Positions 40,293 through 50,592 of a stretch of DNA of 64,000 nt are shown here, piece after piece. Origin of the DNA: Dehalococcoidia bacterium (GTDB taxonomy: Bacteria > Chloroflexota > Dehalococcoidia > Lucifugimonadales > UBA2962); contig OZ244723.1 of the NCBI GenBank assembly GCA_965219325.1, positions 1,503,628 through 1,567,627 on the forward strand. The letters run 5' to 3'. Each line of letters starts with the position of its first letter. Positions within the stretch are counted from its first letter, which is position 1. The notes beneath the pieces were generated by a model. The model did not search any database. It had not been told where the DNA came from and saw only the letters and a list, made by a program, of their open reading frames with translations. A program made the translations under genes and the position numbers.

Positions 40293-41285
40293 CTACGACT
40301 TGCCCGGATCGGGCCGGGATCGCCCTACCATCTGCTCCTCGGAGAAGCGCTCCATGCGCTCTGTGACCTCGGATGCGGACTCTCCACGAAAGAGCACCTG
40401 GATCTGCCCCACGCCGGCCTCTTCGAACCGACCGATGTCCGAGGCCATGGCATCCGCGCCGCCGGTGAAGATCTGGCGCGAGCCGTCGGCCGCCAGCACC
40501 TTCCGGCCGGGGTCGAACATCATCTCGGCGTCCAGGATCACGTCCATGGCATCCGGGTCGCGTCCCTCCGCCTCCATGAGGTCGTGAAGGCGGGAGAGCG
40601 ACTCCCTCAGGCCGTCGACCGATCCGATCGCCGGGGGCCTGGGATGGGCGAACGGATACCACCCGTCGGCCAGCCTCGCGGCCCTGCGAAGGGCGGAGCC
40701 GCTCTCGCCTCCCATCCAGATGGGTGGGTGTGGCCTCTGGACAGGCTTGGGCAGAAAAGAGATGTTCGAGAAGCTGACCCAGTTCCCCGCGAACTCGGGA
40801 TGGTCCGCGGTCCAGAGCTCGACGAATGCGCGGAGGTACTCGTCGGTAACCGCCCCACGCCGCTCGAACGCGGGTGCGCCGAGTGCCTCGAACTCCTCCC
40901 TCATCCATCCCGCCCCGGCTCCCAGTATCAGCCGGCCCCTGGACAGGACGTCCATGGAGGCCAGGGCCTTTGCGGTGTGCACCGCGGGGCGGTACGGTAC
41001 CACCATGACCGAGGTGAGCAGTCTTATGCTCCGGGTGCGGGCGGCGACGAATGCCATCACCGTGAGCTGGTCAAGGTACTCGACGTCGGACGAGCCGAAC
41101 AGCGTTCCCGGGTACCGTCCCTTCTCGTTGTACGGATAGTCCGAGCTGATCGACCTTGGTATGACCACATGGTCGCTCACGGAGGCGAACTCAAAGCCGA
41201 GCTCCTCCCCCCGGCGCGCGATCAGCCCCATGGACTCCGGTCTGGCCAGTGGACCGCGCGTCGGCAAGGGGAACCCGAATTTCAT
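40293..41285 (-). CDS. LLM-class probable F420-dependent oxidoreductase (Rv2161c-like)
   Basis: SDHVVIP, TSVMVVPYR, GAGWMREEFEALG, PKPVQRPHPPIWMGG and DGWYP. Confidence 0.9.
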   Translation of the reverse strand: MKFGFPLPTRGPLARPESMGLIARRGEELGFEFASVSDHVVIPRSISSDYPYNEKGRYPGTLFGSSDVEYLDQLTVMAFVAARTRSIRLLTSVMVVPYRPAVHTAKALASMDVLSRGRLILGAGAGWMREEFEALGAPAFERRGAVTDEYLRAFVELWTADHPEFAGNWVSFSNISFLPKPVQRPHPPIWMGGESGSALRRAARLADGWYPFAHPRPPAIGSVDGLRESLSRLHDLMEAEGRDPDAMDVILDAEMMFDPGRKVLAADGSRQIFTGGADAMASDIGRFEEAGVGQIQVLFRGESASEVTERMERFSEEQMVGRSRPDPGKS

Positions 41286-41340
41286 TTGCGTTCCGTCCTC
41301 ATGATGTCCGGGCGCCCGGGAGCGCTATCCGCCCCGGCCC

Positions 41341-42390
41341 CTACCTGCTGGTGGTGCCGAACTTCTTCGGGGCGGGATCCCAGGGGTTCCATGTCCCCAC
41401 CCTGGGAGCGATGTCCTCGCCCGAGACGTTGCGCTGGTACGCCTCGTCGGAGATCGCATTCACCTCGTCCAGGATGTCGCCGGGAAGATCATCGTTCGCC
41501 GACCGCGCCGCCGCCTCCACTTCCGACGAGGTGCGAAATCCCACAAGTGCCGTCGTCACCTCGGGCCGGCTCAGCACCCAGCCGACCGCCAGATCCGGAA
41601 GCGTCATGCCGGCCCCGGCCGCGATCTCGGCAAGTCGCTGTGCGGTCCGCACGTTGTCCTCGAAGTAGCCGGCCCTGAAAAGCGGCATCCCGAACGCGTT
41701 CTGGGTGGCGCGCCAATCCCAGTCCTGGAAAGCGGTCTCCTCGGTCATCGACCCGGTAAGCAGGCCGTGCGCCAGGGAACCGTAGGCCATCAGGCCGATG
41801 CCGCGGTCCCTGCAGAAATCAAGCACGCCGCGCTCTACGCGTCGCTCGAATATCGAGTAGCCGGCCTGGTCGGCAACGATGTCAAGGTGGCTCAGGCACT
41901 CGCCCATCATCGCCGGCATGAAGTTGGACACGCCCGCGTAGCGGATCTTGCCCTGGTCCCGCAGCTCGGAAAGGACCGCCATGGTCTCTGCGAAAGGCGT
42001 TTCGGGATCGGGCCAGTGAACCAGCAGCAGGTCGATGTAGTCCGTGCCCAGCCTGCGCAGGCTCTCCTCGCATCCAGCTGCGACGGCCTCCCGGGTGCCG
42101 TCGCGATACAGCCTCTTTTCGACCGGGGCCCAGGAGAGGCCGCACTTTGTGACGATGACTACATCCTGGCGGTGCGGAGCCAGGGCCCTTCCCATCAGCT
42201 CCTCTGAGCGCCCTAGACCGTATCCCGCCGCGTTGTCAAAGCACGTGATCCCCAAATCGACCGCCCGCTCAACGGCGCGTACGGTCTCCGAATCATCGGT
42301 GGTGCCGTACTGGGTGCCTCCCATCGGCCAGCCGCCAAACCCCAGTGCAGACACTCGCAAGTCCGAGTTGCCAAAATTCCGGTACCTCAA
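41341..42390 (-). CDS. Aldo/keto reductase
   Basis: LGFGGW, FDNAAGYG, VTKCG, LRRLGTDYIDL..VHWP and GKIRYAGVSNF. Confidence 0.92.
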   Translation of the reverse strand: MRYRNFGNSDLRVSALGFGGWPMGGTQYGTTDDSETVRAVERAVDLGITCFDNAAGYGLGRSEELMGRALAPHRQDVVIVTKCGLSWAPVEKRLYRDGTREAVAAGCEESLRRLGTDYIDLLLVHWPDPETPFAETMAVLSELRDQGKIRYAGVSNFMPAMMGECLSHLDIVADQAGYSIFERRVERGVLDFCRDRGIGLMAYGSLAHGLLTGSMTEETAFQDWDWRATQNAFGMPLFRAGYFEDNVRTAQRLAEIAAGAGMTLPDLAVGWVLSRPEVTTALVGFRTSSEVEAAARSANDDLPGDILDEVNAISDEAYQRNVSGEDIAPRVGTWNPWDPAPKKFGTTSR

Positions 42391-42459
42391 GCTGTCCCCC
42401 GATCCTGCCAGCTAGTCGCTTGCCCGAAGTCCGCGGTTCCCGAGACCTGCCCGCGGCCG

Positions 42460-43428
42460 CTATTCTCCCACCAGCGGCCGGACGTTCTCGGCGAACCGCT
42501 GCATCTGCTCAAGGGTGGCGTTTGGGGAGGCCGCGTCGACCTCGAAGCCGAACATCACGCATTTTGCCCCGCTCGCCTTGTAGGCCCGGATGTCGGAGGC
42601 AATCTGCTCGGCGCTCCCGGTGAACACCCGTCTTGCGCCGTCCCTGCCCGTGTGCTCCCGGCAGTCGTCGTAGATGTTGATGGCGAAGGAAATCTCGATC
42701 GTGTCCGGGTCGCGGCCCTCGCCCTCTGCGACCTGCCTCATCTGGGCCACTCCGCCTGCGAAGCGTTCTGCGGTATCGAGTGGATTGCGGGGGTTGTCGA
42801 TGATGGGGAACCAGGCGTCGCCGACCCTTGCCGTCCTGCGCAGCGCGGGCATGCTCTCGCCACCCACCCAGATGGGCGGATGAGGCCTCTGGAGCGGCTT
42901 GGGTTCGAATGCGATATCCGAGTAGGAGGCATATCTGCCGGCGTAGGACGGCTCTTGTTCCGTCCACAGGTTCTTAAAGATGCGTATGTACTCCTCTGTC
43001 ACCGAGCCCCTCTGCTCGTACGGCGGCCTGCCCAGCGCCTCGAACTCCTCTCGCATCCATCCCGCTCCGCAGCCCACTATCACGCGGCCGTCGGACAATA
43101 CGTCCGCGGTTGCCAGTATCTTCGCCGTCAGCACCGGGTCGCGGTAGGGTACGACCATAACCGAGGTGAGCAGCTTTACGGTCGACGTTCGGGAAGCTAG
43201 GAAGCTGAGCACGGTCAGCTGCTCAAGGTAGTCGCCCGTGTCCCCGAACTCGTTGAACTGGCCCGTGTCGGTGTACGGGTAGCGAGAATCTATGGAAAGG
43301 GGCATTACGACGTGGTCGTTTACCCACATCACCTCAAAGCCCAGCTTCTCTCCTGTCGCTGCAAGAACAGACAGGTTCTCCGGGTCTGCGAAGATGCCCT
43401 GGGCCAGTGCACCGAAAGCGTACTGCAT
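42460..43428 (-). CDS. LLM-class probable F420-dependent oxidoreductase (paralogue of 40293..41285)
   Basis: NDHVVMP, TSVMVVPYR, GAGWMREEFEALG and PKPLQRPHPPIWVGG. Confidence 0.9.
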   Translation of the reverse strand: MQYAFGALAQGIFADPENLSVLAATGEKLGFEVMWVNDHVVMPLSIDSRYPYTDTGQFNEFGDTGDYLEQLTVLSFLASRTSTVKLLTSVMVVPYRDPVLTAKILATADVLSDGRVIVGCGAGWMREEFEALGRPPYEQRGSVTEEYIRIFKNLWTEQEPSYAGRYASYSDIAFEPKPLQRPHPPIWVGGESMPALRRTARVGDAWFPIIDNPRNPLDTAERFAGGVAQMRQVAEGEGRDPDTIEISFAINIYDDCREHTGRDGARRVFTGSAEQIASDIRAYKASGAKCVMFGFEVDAASPNATLEQMQRFAENVRPLVGE

Positions 43429-43467
43429 TATTTCTCCATTTCCCCCTGACCGGGTGACTCTAGCTTC

Positions 43468-44376
43468 CTAGTAGCTACGGAACCACTCCAGGGTCTCCCT
43501 GATCGCCTCCGCGTGCGGTGTGGTGGTGGCACCGAACGTGGCCTCGTACATGGAATGGTCCGACACGAACGGACTCTGAAACTGGTACAGCTTCTCCCGT
43601 CGGGCCCGCCGAACCTGCCCGCTCAATATCCCCATGAGCCGAAGGGAGGTCGACCCGAGCGTCCGGAGCCTGGGCATCTGGCCCGCCTCCCCGAAGGCCA
43701 TCGCCAAAAACTCCCTGGTCGAGATGGTCTCCGCGCTGGGAACGTGCCACGCTTTCCCGTCCGCCTTATCGCTGTCGCCGAGCGTGGCAAGCGCGCGGGC
43801 GAAGTCCCGGCTGTACGTGTAGGTGTGCTGCATGTCGGGGTCTCCCAGGACGGTGGCCGGCCGGCCTTCCAGGGCGGCCCGAAAGACCGCAGAGCCCATC
43901 ACCGAAACGATCACTCCGGGGCCGAACAGGTCCGACGACCTGCCGATTGCCGCTCTGACCTCGCCCCTTCGGTGGGCGGCGATCAGCCGCTGCTCCAGCT
44001 CCGCTCTCGTGCGGCCGGACTCCCGGTCGGCAAACTCGTAGCGGGTCCTCTCGGACATGGGCCCCGATGAGCACTCGTACATGGCCAGGCTGTCGGCCAG
44101 GACCAGCTTTGCTCCCTCCCTCGCGCAGGCCGACGTCACCGCGTGGTTGGTCGGCGGAAATGCGCAGTTGTAGACTACCGAAGCCCCGTTGCAGGCAGTC
44201 CTCGCGCCCTCCGAGACCGACACGTCGGCAATGACGACCTCAATGCCCTCGGGAGGGTCGTGGAACTGTGTTCTGGTGACCGACCGCACGCTGTTGCCGC
44301 GCCTCAGCAGCTCTTCTGCGAGCGCCCGGCCGACCGATCCGCTGCCCCCCAGAACGACATGAAGTTGCTCGCTCAC
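43468..44376 (-). CDS. NAD-dependent epimerase/dehydratase family (atypical SDR)
   Basis: VLGGSGSVG, RSSDLFGP, HTYTY and AWHVP. Confidence 0.85.
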   Translation of the reverse strand: MSEQLHVVLGGSGSVGRALAEELLRRGNSVRSVTRTQFHDPPEGIEVVIADVSVSEGARTACNGASVVYNCAFPPTNHAVTSACAREGAKLVLADSLAMYECSSGPMSERTRYEFADRESGRTRAELEQRLIAAHRRGEVRAAIGRSSDLFGPGVIVSVMGSAVFRAALEGRPATVLGDPDMQHTYTYSRDFARALATLGDSDKADGKAWHVPSAETISTREFLAMAFGEAGQMPRLRTLGSTSLRLMGILSGQVRRARREKLYQFQSPFVSDHSMYEATFGATTTPHAEAIRETLEWFRSY

Positions 44377-44459
44377 AAGTCCTCCGCGCGGGCGCAGCCG
44401 GCTCGTTCGGCCTTCCCGGAGCGCACCTTCCCAGCGCTGGCGCGTATCCTAGCAAAACT

Positions 44460-45035
44460 ATGTCCGGCGGAACCCGAAAGATCGCCGAACTCAGGCGCAT
44501 GGACACAGGAGACGGGGTGGTCCTGCGGCCGGTCCGTCTCTATCACGGCGAGGAGATCTATGCCGCCGTGATGGACAATCGGGACTCGCTGGCCCGGTGG
44601 CTGCCCTGGGTTGAGGGGGTGAAGGGCCTGCCCGATGTTAGGGAGTTCATACGCAGGTCGATGGCCGAGCAGGACCGCGGAATCGCGGTGCAACTCGGCG
44701 TTTGGACGAACGCCAGCTTCCTGGGAATGGTCGGCCTGCATAGCGTCGACTGGACGAACCGCCGTACCTCGATAGGCTACTGGCTCACCGAACACGGCCG
44801 GGGCAGGGGAGTGATGACCGCCTGCGCGCGGGCGCTCATCGACTTTGCGATCGATGACCTTGAGATCAACCGGGTGGAGATCAGGTGCGGGGTCGACAAC
44901 GTCTCCAGCCGGGCGATTGCCGAGCGGCTCGGCTTCAGGCTGGAGGGTACGGCGCGCCAGGACATGATCCTTAACGGACCCTACGTCGATCTTGTAATCT
45001 ATGCGGTGCTCGCCCGCGAGTGGCGGCGCGGATAG
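44460..45035 (+). CDS. GNAT acetyltransferase, RimJ/RimL family
   Basis: WLPW, IGYWL....GRGVMT and N..SRAIAERLGF..EG..R. Confidence 0.9.
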   Translation: MSGGTRKIAELRRMDTGDGVVLRPVRLYHGEEIYAAVMDNRDSLARWLPWVEGVKGLPDVREFIRRSMAEQDRGIAVQLGVWTNASFLGMVGLHSVDWTNRRTSIGYWLTEHGRGRGVMTACARALIDFAIDDLEINRVEIRCGVDNVSSRAIAERLGFRLEGTARQDMILNGPYVDLVIYAVLAREWRRG

Positions 45036-45075
45036 GCTCAGGGGGGAAGCGCTTTGGGGCGAGAGGGAGGCTATC

Positions 45076-46272
45076 GTGAGGCGTCTACTTATCCTGGCCG
45101 CAATCCTTGGGCTCGCCGCGCTAATGGCCGGCTGCGGCGGGGATGAGCCCGCCGCACCAACCTCCCCGGCGGAGGAAGCGGCAGCGGCACCGTCCGGAGA
45201 GGACTCCGGCACCGAGGCCGCCCCGGAGCCCGAGCCCGAGAGTTCGGCTCCCATAGGCTCGTTTACCGAGGGCGGGCGCATGACCGACGCCCGCATGGAC
45301 CACGTCACCGTTCTCCTGGGTAACGGCCGCATCCTGACCGTTGGCGGACGCGGGCGCGGTGCGACGATCCGTCCTCCCAGGCTGGAGAGGGCCGAGGTTT
45401 ACGATCCGGCAACGGGTGAGTGGACCTCGGTGGGGGAGATGTCCGCAAAGCGTGAGGTGTTCTGCGGGGTCGCCCTCAGCGACGGCCGGGGGATGATATT
45501 CGGGGGCGCCGACGAACGCAGGGAGGCGCTCAAGACCACAGAGATCCTGGACCCGGCGACGGGCGAGTGGACGCTGGGACCGAAAATGAACAAGAAAAGG
45601 TGGAAGCACTCGTGCCTGCTGCTCAGTGACGGCCGCGTAATGATCGCCTCTGGAAGCGACATAGGCTTCCAGGAGGAGGTGGACATCTTCGATCCTTCCA
45701 CCGGGGAGATCGAGGCCACCGGCGACATGGCCGAGGGGCGCGCGCGGTTCACGCTGACCGAGCTTCCGGACGGCCGCGTGCTTGCGGCCGGAGGCGGCAA
45801 GGACGAGGGCCCATACATAGCCAGCGTCGAGATTTGGGACCCTGAGACCGGGGAATGGTCGGCGGCGGCCCCCATGAGCGCGGAACGCGCCTCGCACACC
45901 GCCACGCTCCTGGGCGACGGCACGGTGCTCGTGGTGGGCGGCCGGGGCCGGCTGGCGACAGCCGAGATATACGACCCGGAGGCCGATACCTGGACCGCCG
46001 CCGCCGGACTGACGGAGGGTCGCACCGATCACACCGCCAGCCTGCTGGCCGACGGCCGCGTTCTGATTGCGGGCGGGGTCAGCTCAATAGCCCTGTCGGA
46101 GATATACGATCCTTCTACCGGCCAGTGGACCGACGGCCCCTCGATGATGCAGGGGCGCCACCAGCACACCGCCACCACCATGGCCGACGGCCGCGTGATG
46201 ATGGTGGGCGGGCAGGCGCAGGACGGCGACCGCCGCGAGCTCAGCAACCTGCCGGAGATCTACGGACCCTAG
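45076..46272 (+). CDS. Kelch-repeat lipoprotein
   Basis: GTG 45076 after GGGAGG. Signal peptide MRRLLILAAILGLAALMAG-C, an acidic Pro/Ala linker, then about seven R..H....L.DGRVL..GG...E.YDP..G.W units. Confidence 0.85.
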   Translation: MRRLLILAAILGLAALMAGCGGDEPAAPTSPAEEAAAAPSGEDSGTEAAPEPEPESSAPIGSFTEGGRMTDARMDHVTVLLGNGRILTVGGRGRGATIRPPRLERAEVYDPATGEWTSVGEMSAKREVFCGVALSDGRGMIFGGADERREALKTTEILDPATGEWTLGPKMNKKRWKHSCLLLSDGRVMIASGSDIGFQEEVDIFDPSTGEIEATGDMAEGRARFTLTELPDGRVLAAGGGKDEGPYIASVEIWDPETGEWSAAAPMSAERASHTATLLGDGTVLVVGGRGRLATAEIYDPEADTWTAAAGLTEGRTDHTASLLADGRVLIAGGVSSIALSEIYDPSTGQWTDGPSMMQGRHQHTATTMADGRVMMVGGQAQDGDRRELSNLPEIYGP

Positions 46273-48020
46273 GGACCCGCGGGGATCACCGGCAGGATGA
46301 GCCGGGACGGGCGCGCGCCGTCGTGGTGGACGGTCTGGTGCGCGGCCCTCAGCTCGGCGTCGAGGCCGAAGGGATTTCCCGTGTTCGGGTTGCGGTCAAA
46401 GCGCGGGAAGTTTGAGCTGGACACGTCGAGCCGGATGCAGTGACCCGCCCTGAACACGTTGCTGGTCACCCACAGATCTAGGTTGAACTCGTAGATCTCG
46501 CCCGGCACCAGGAGCTCCTGCCGATCGGTTCCATTGCGGTACCGTCCCCGCAGGATGCCGTCGGTCAGGTTGATCGCACGCCCGTCCGGGAACACGTCAA
46601 CGAGCTTGGCCGTAAAGTCGGTGTCGCGGCAGTCCGTGGAGGCGAACAGCTTTAGCACCACCGGCCCGGTCACCTCCAGATCGTGCTCGAGGGGCTCGGA
46701 CGTGTAGACGAGCACATCCGACCTTGCCTCGATTTCCCGCTGGTCATAGGCGCCCCACGGAACGAGGTGCGGATCGCAGCAGTTCCCGCCCCCGCGGGTC
46801 GGCACGGGGAACATGGGGTCATAGGTGAACGAGTCGGACGGGGCCGCGGGCGGCGAGCCGTGATCGCCCCCATCCCGCCCCGGGCCCAGCCTTGAGAGCA
46901 GCCCGTCCCCGGAGGCCGAGTTCGCACCACCGCCGCTGTGCAGGTAGAAGGGCGTGAACTCCGTCCTCTCCAGGGGCCACTCGTGCTCATCCCGCCACCG
47001 GTTTATCCCCATCACGAAGATCTTGAGGGGAGCCTGCCGGTCCGCCCCGTTCTCGATTCCCCTCAGCCAGCGGTCGAACCACGCCAGCTCCACCTCGCGA
47101 AGATCCAACTGGGAGGCGGTGCCGAAATCGACGTCTCCGGCCACCGTCATGTTGCTGGCCGAGTGTATCCACGGCCCCATGATGGCCCGCTGGTTGGACC
47201 GTGCCTCGGCCGAACCTCCCCGATCCCGCATGCCGTTAAAGAGGTTCATCGTGCCTGCCGGGTAGAGGTCGTACCAGCCCCCCACCTGCAGGGCCGGGAC
47301 CTTAACGCCCCCCAGCCTGTGCAGCACGTTCCGGTCGACCCAGTACTCCCCGAAATCGGGGTTGTCCACCCAGTCCGTAAAATCCGGTATGACCTTGCCG
47401 GCCGCCGCGGGAACGTCCCTTACCGGCAGGGTATGCATCAGCCGTTCCCAGTCGAAGTCATCGATCCCCTGCATCGTGCGCGCGTCGGTGCGGAACGACC
47501 AGGTCGCGTTGACGCCCAGCTGGAACGCGCCCCCCTGATAGTGGGGCGCCTCGTGCAGATCGCCTCCCATGACCTTGGGCACGATGCACTTCAGGTACCG
47601 GCTTCCCATGGATGCGGCCTGCCACTGGACGTATCCCAGGTAGGACGGGCCCGCCATACCGACGTTGCCGTCGCACCAGGGCTGGGAGCCGACCCACTCG
47701 ACCGTGGCGTGGCCGTCGTCGAACTCGTTGACCCAGCGCCTGAACTCGCCCTCAGAGTCGTACCGCCCCCGCACGTCCTGGCAGACGACCGCATAGCCGT
47801 GCTGGGCAAAGAAATTGGCGCGCTCGACAGGGTATTCCATCTGCCCGTTGTACGGCGTCCGGTAAAGGACGGCAGGGTAGGGCCCCTCGACATCCGTCGG
47901 AAGGTAGATGTCGGCCGACAGCCTTACCCCGTCCGCCATGGGCACCGCCACGTCGTAAAGCACGCCTACGCCCGCGGGCCTGTGGGCGCCCGCGTAAGGT
48001 GATCTCTGTTCGGCGTTCAT
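46269..48020 (-). CDS. CocE/NonD family serine hydrolase (peptidase S15)
   Basis: RTPY, QDVRGR, nucleophile GPSYLG, GGWYD, GPWIH and SSSNFPRFDRN. Confidence 0.92.
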   Translation of the reverse strand: MNAEQRSPYAGAHRPAGVGVLYDVAVPMADGVRLSADIYLPTDVEGPYPAVLYRTPYNGQMEYPVERANFFAQHGYAVVCQDVRGRYDSEGEFRRWVNEFDDGHATVEWVGSQPWCDGNVGMAGPSYLGYVQWQAASMGSRYLKCIVPKVMGGDLHEAPHYQGGAFQLGVNATWSFRTDARTMQGIDDFDWERLMHTLPVRDVPAAAGKVIPDFTDWVDNPDFGEYWVDRNVLHRLGGVKVPALQVGGWYDLYPAGTMNLFNGMRDRGGSAEARSNQRAIMGPWIHSASNMTVAGDVDFGTASQLDLREVELAWFDRWLRGIENGADRQAPLKIFVMGINRWRDEHEWPLERTEFTPFYLHSGGGANSASGDGLLSRLGPGRDGGDHGSPPAAPSDSFTYDPMFPVPTRGGGNCCDPHLVPWGAYDQREIEARSDVLVYTSEPLEHDLEVTGPVVLKLFASTDCRDTDFTAKLVDVFPDGRAINLTDGILRGRYRNGTDRQELLVPGEIYEFNLDLWVTSNVFRAGHCIRLDVSSSNFPRFDRNPNTGNPFGLDAELRAAHQTVHHDGARPSRLILPVIPAGP

Positions 48021-48063
48021 CGCAATCCTCCTTCGCTTTTGACCGATCCGGTCAGTTCGGCCG

Positions 48064-49704
48064 TCACCAACCGGATCTTACCGCTTGCCCGTCGATTTCG
48101 GCGGTCAGGGACTCTACCGCGCCGGCCGAATCGTCAGGGAGCCTGACATGAACCAGGCGCCTTCCCAGCTGCCCCAGGGCTCCTAGGTCCCCCAGAGAAT
48201 CGGCGTCAGTGACCTCTCCAAGGGTGTATGGCTCACCCGGGATCGCCGTGTCCTCCTGGTGGGGCGCCGTAAGGAGAAGGAAAATGCCGCTGCCCGGCCC
48301 ACCCTTGTGCACCTGGCCCGTGGAATGCAGGTATCCCGGGCCGTGTCCGATCGTGGTGGCGAGCCGATATCGGCGGACCACCTTCTCCCTCAGCTTTCGC
48401 AGGGCGCCCTCGACGCCTCCGGCGTGAGGAAGGAAGGCCAGTATGCCCAGGTAGTCGCCGGCGCGTGAACAGCCGAGCAGGCGGGCCAACTCCCAGGCGC
48501 CTTCATCTATCGGATGCGCGCCTGCCGAAAGGTCCAGGCCGCCGCGCGGGCCGCTAAGTATGTCCCCAGTGCGGTCCTTGGACATCTGCACGTCCGGCTG
48601 GTCGAACGGGTTCACGCCGATCACCGCCGCGGCGATCGCAACCGCAAGCTCCCACCTGAAGAACTCGGCGCCAAGCTCCTGTCTGGTCTGCATCCTAAGG
48701 GTTATCACGGGATGACCCCTATCGCCCACCCCGCCGAGGGCCCTGTCGGTCGAGTCGTTGTCGTCTCCGTCCAGGCGAAGGTAGATGAAGAGCCGGTCGT
48801 CGCCGTACAGATCGGGATCGACCAGTGGTTCACCCGCGACGGGAATGACACCCTTGCCGTCCTTGCCAAGGCTCTCGGCCACCAGCTGCACCACCCAGAG
48901 GCTGAACCCGAACATCCCGGGCGAGGTGACCAGCGTAAGCTTGTCCCTGCCCGCAAGGGACATCGCGCCGATCGCAGCGCCCAGGCTCGCAGCCGGATTG
49001 GCATCCGGTGCCACGCCGGGTCCGCAGAGCCGGCGCATCCGCGAGCCCTCCTCGACCAGCGACCCCACGTCCTGGCCCACCAGCGCCGCGGGTACGAGTC
49101 CAAAATGCGTGAGCGCCGAGAACCTCCCGCCGACCGTCGGGTCGCCGGTAAACACCTTGCCGAATCCCTCGGCCAGGGCAAGGTCGACGAGCGGCGTGCC
49201 GGGGTCGGTGATCGCCGCGAACCTGCGGCCGGCCGGGCCGGGTCCCAGGGCAGTGTCCATCTCCTTCCTGATCACCTTGTAGGTCATGAGGGGTTCGATC
49301 GTCGTGCCCGACTTCGACGAGAGGATCACCAGGGACCTGGCGGGGTCAATCTGGTCCATTGCAGAGTGGACCACCGCGGGGAGCGTGGATTCGACGGCGA
49401 TCATCCTCGGGTGGCCAGGGCGGGCGGGAAGCGTCCTGTGGATCGCCCTTGCGGCCCGGCTGGAGCCGCCCATCCCCAGCAGCACGATGTGCTCGATACC
49501 CTCGGCGATCACATCGCCGGCGAACCGCCTTACCTCGGCCAGCCCGGTCCCCATCCAGCGGTCCGCCGAGAGCCAGCCGAGCCTATCGGCTACGCCCCCT
49601 GGGTCCCGGCTCCAGACGGTGTGGTCCCGCCTCCAGATGCGCTCGAGCGTGCGCTCGCCTGCCAGGGCGGCGAGAGTCCGGTCGACGGGGGCCCGGTCGG
49701 CCAC
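48064..49704 (-). CDS. Glucose-6-phosphate isomerase-like protein (resembles the PGI domain of Tal/Pgi fusions)
   Basis: RLGWL, GMGGS, SKSGTT, GGRFS, QLVAESLGK, NPFDQPDV and HSTGQVHKGG. Confidence 0.85.
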   Translation of the reverse strand: MADRAPVDRTLAALAGERTLERIWRRDHTVWSRDPGGVADRLGWLSADRWMGTGLAEVRRFAGDVIAEGIEHIVLLGMGGSSRAARAIHRTLPARPGHPRMIAVESTLPAVVHSAMDQIDPARSLVILSSKSGTTIEPLMTYKVIRKEMDTALGPGPAGRRFAAITDPGTPLVDLALAEGFGKVFTGDPTVGGRFSALTHFGLVPAALVGQDVGSLVEEGSRMRRLCGPGVAPDANPAASLGAAIGAMSLAGRDKLTLVTSPGMFGFSLWVVQLVAESLGKDGKGVIPVAGEPLVDPDLYGDDRLFIYLRLDGDDNDSTDRALGGVGDRGHPVITLRMQTRQELGAEFFRWELAVAIAAAVIGVNPFDQPDVQMSKDRTGDILSGPRGGLDLSAGAHPIDEGAWELARLLGCSRAGDYLGILAFLPHAGGVEGALRKLREKVVRRYRLATTIGHGPGYLHSTGQVHKGGPGSGIFLLLTAPHQEDTAIPGEPYTLGEVTDADSLGDLGALGQLGRRLVHVRLPDDSAGAVESLTAEIDGQAVRSGW

Positions 49705-49810
49705 TAGGTTCCGCGAGATCCCGGGGCGACGCCCTTATCCGTCTGCTCGTCGATGCGCCGGTCCTCCCGCATCGCGAGTGGCGACCGTCCCGGGGCGACT
49801 TTGGCCATGG

Positions 49811-50239
49811 CTAGGACAATCCGAGCTGGCTATTCATTGAGGACAGGTCGAAGTAGGTGTGATCGTCAACGATCCTGCCATCGTCGTTGAGGACCAGCAT
49901 CGAAAGACCCTTGATTTCGAACCGTCTTCCGGTCGGCGCGATCTCGTCATCTCCCTCGCCGATCGGCCCGGTATTGGTTGCCGTCATGACCCAGTGGTGC
50001 GCGTTACAGTAGCCTTCGGAAAAATCGTGCACGAACTCAAGGTGGACATCCGGAAAGGACCGGAACAGCGACCTGTACCTGTCCGGAATCTCGTCGCCAT
50101 CGGTGACCGGATCGGCGGAACCCGGACCGGTCCAGTTGATCCGATCGGCGTAATAGCGCCTGAGGGCGTCGGCGTCGTGGCGGTTAAAGTCCTGGCGATA
50201 CGCCTCGTTGAGGTCCCGTATCTCGTCTGGAGACAGCAT
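49811..50239 (-). CDS. SnoaL-like/NTF2 ester cyclase family protein
   Basis: FNRHD, FPD, T.TG, PTGR and YFD. AAGGAGG RBS. Confidence 0.85.
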   Translation of the reverse strand: MLSPDEIRDLNEAYRQDFNRHDADALRRYYADRINWTGPGSADPVTDGDEIPDRYRSLFRSFPDVHLEFVHDFSEGYCNAHHWVMTATNTGPIGEGDDEIAPTGRRFEIKGLSMLVLNDDGRIVDDHTYFDLSSMNSQLGLS

Positions 50240-50592
50240 ATTTCCTCCTTCGCTGGCCGCCCGCTCAGGATCGGCGAAACCCGATCTGGCGCCAGTATTT
50301 TATGGCGATCAAGGTGTGCGGGAAAGCGAACCGCGGGCAGGTTCGGCAGGGAAGAGGGCACCCGCCCCGAAGGCGGTCTGCGCCGAATCGAGTGTCAGCG
50401 GCCGTTAGCTGGCACAATTGTCTGGCCGGCACCGGTCCGCCCGGACCCGTCATCCGGCTGGTAATCGATGGCGAAACGGATAACGGACCGGGACATGCGG
50501 CCGTTATACCTACAAGCCACGCTAAAAGGATCCGATAGATGGAAGGAATGATCGAATGGCGTCACGTCAGTCGGGACGCGACTGGCAACGCG

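Noticed and set aside
50240-50592. Possible ncRNA in the 350-bp divergent intergenic region
   Set aside because: Only short GC hairpins expected at this composition; no recognisable RNA family motif.
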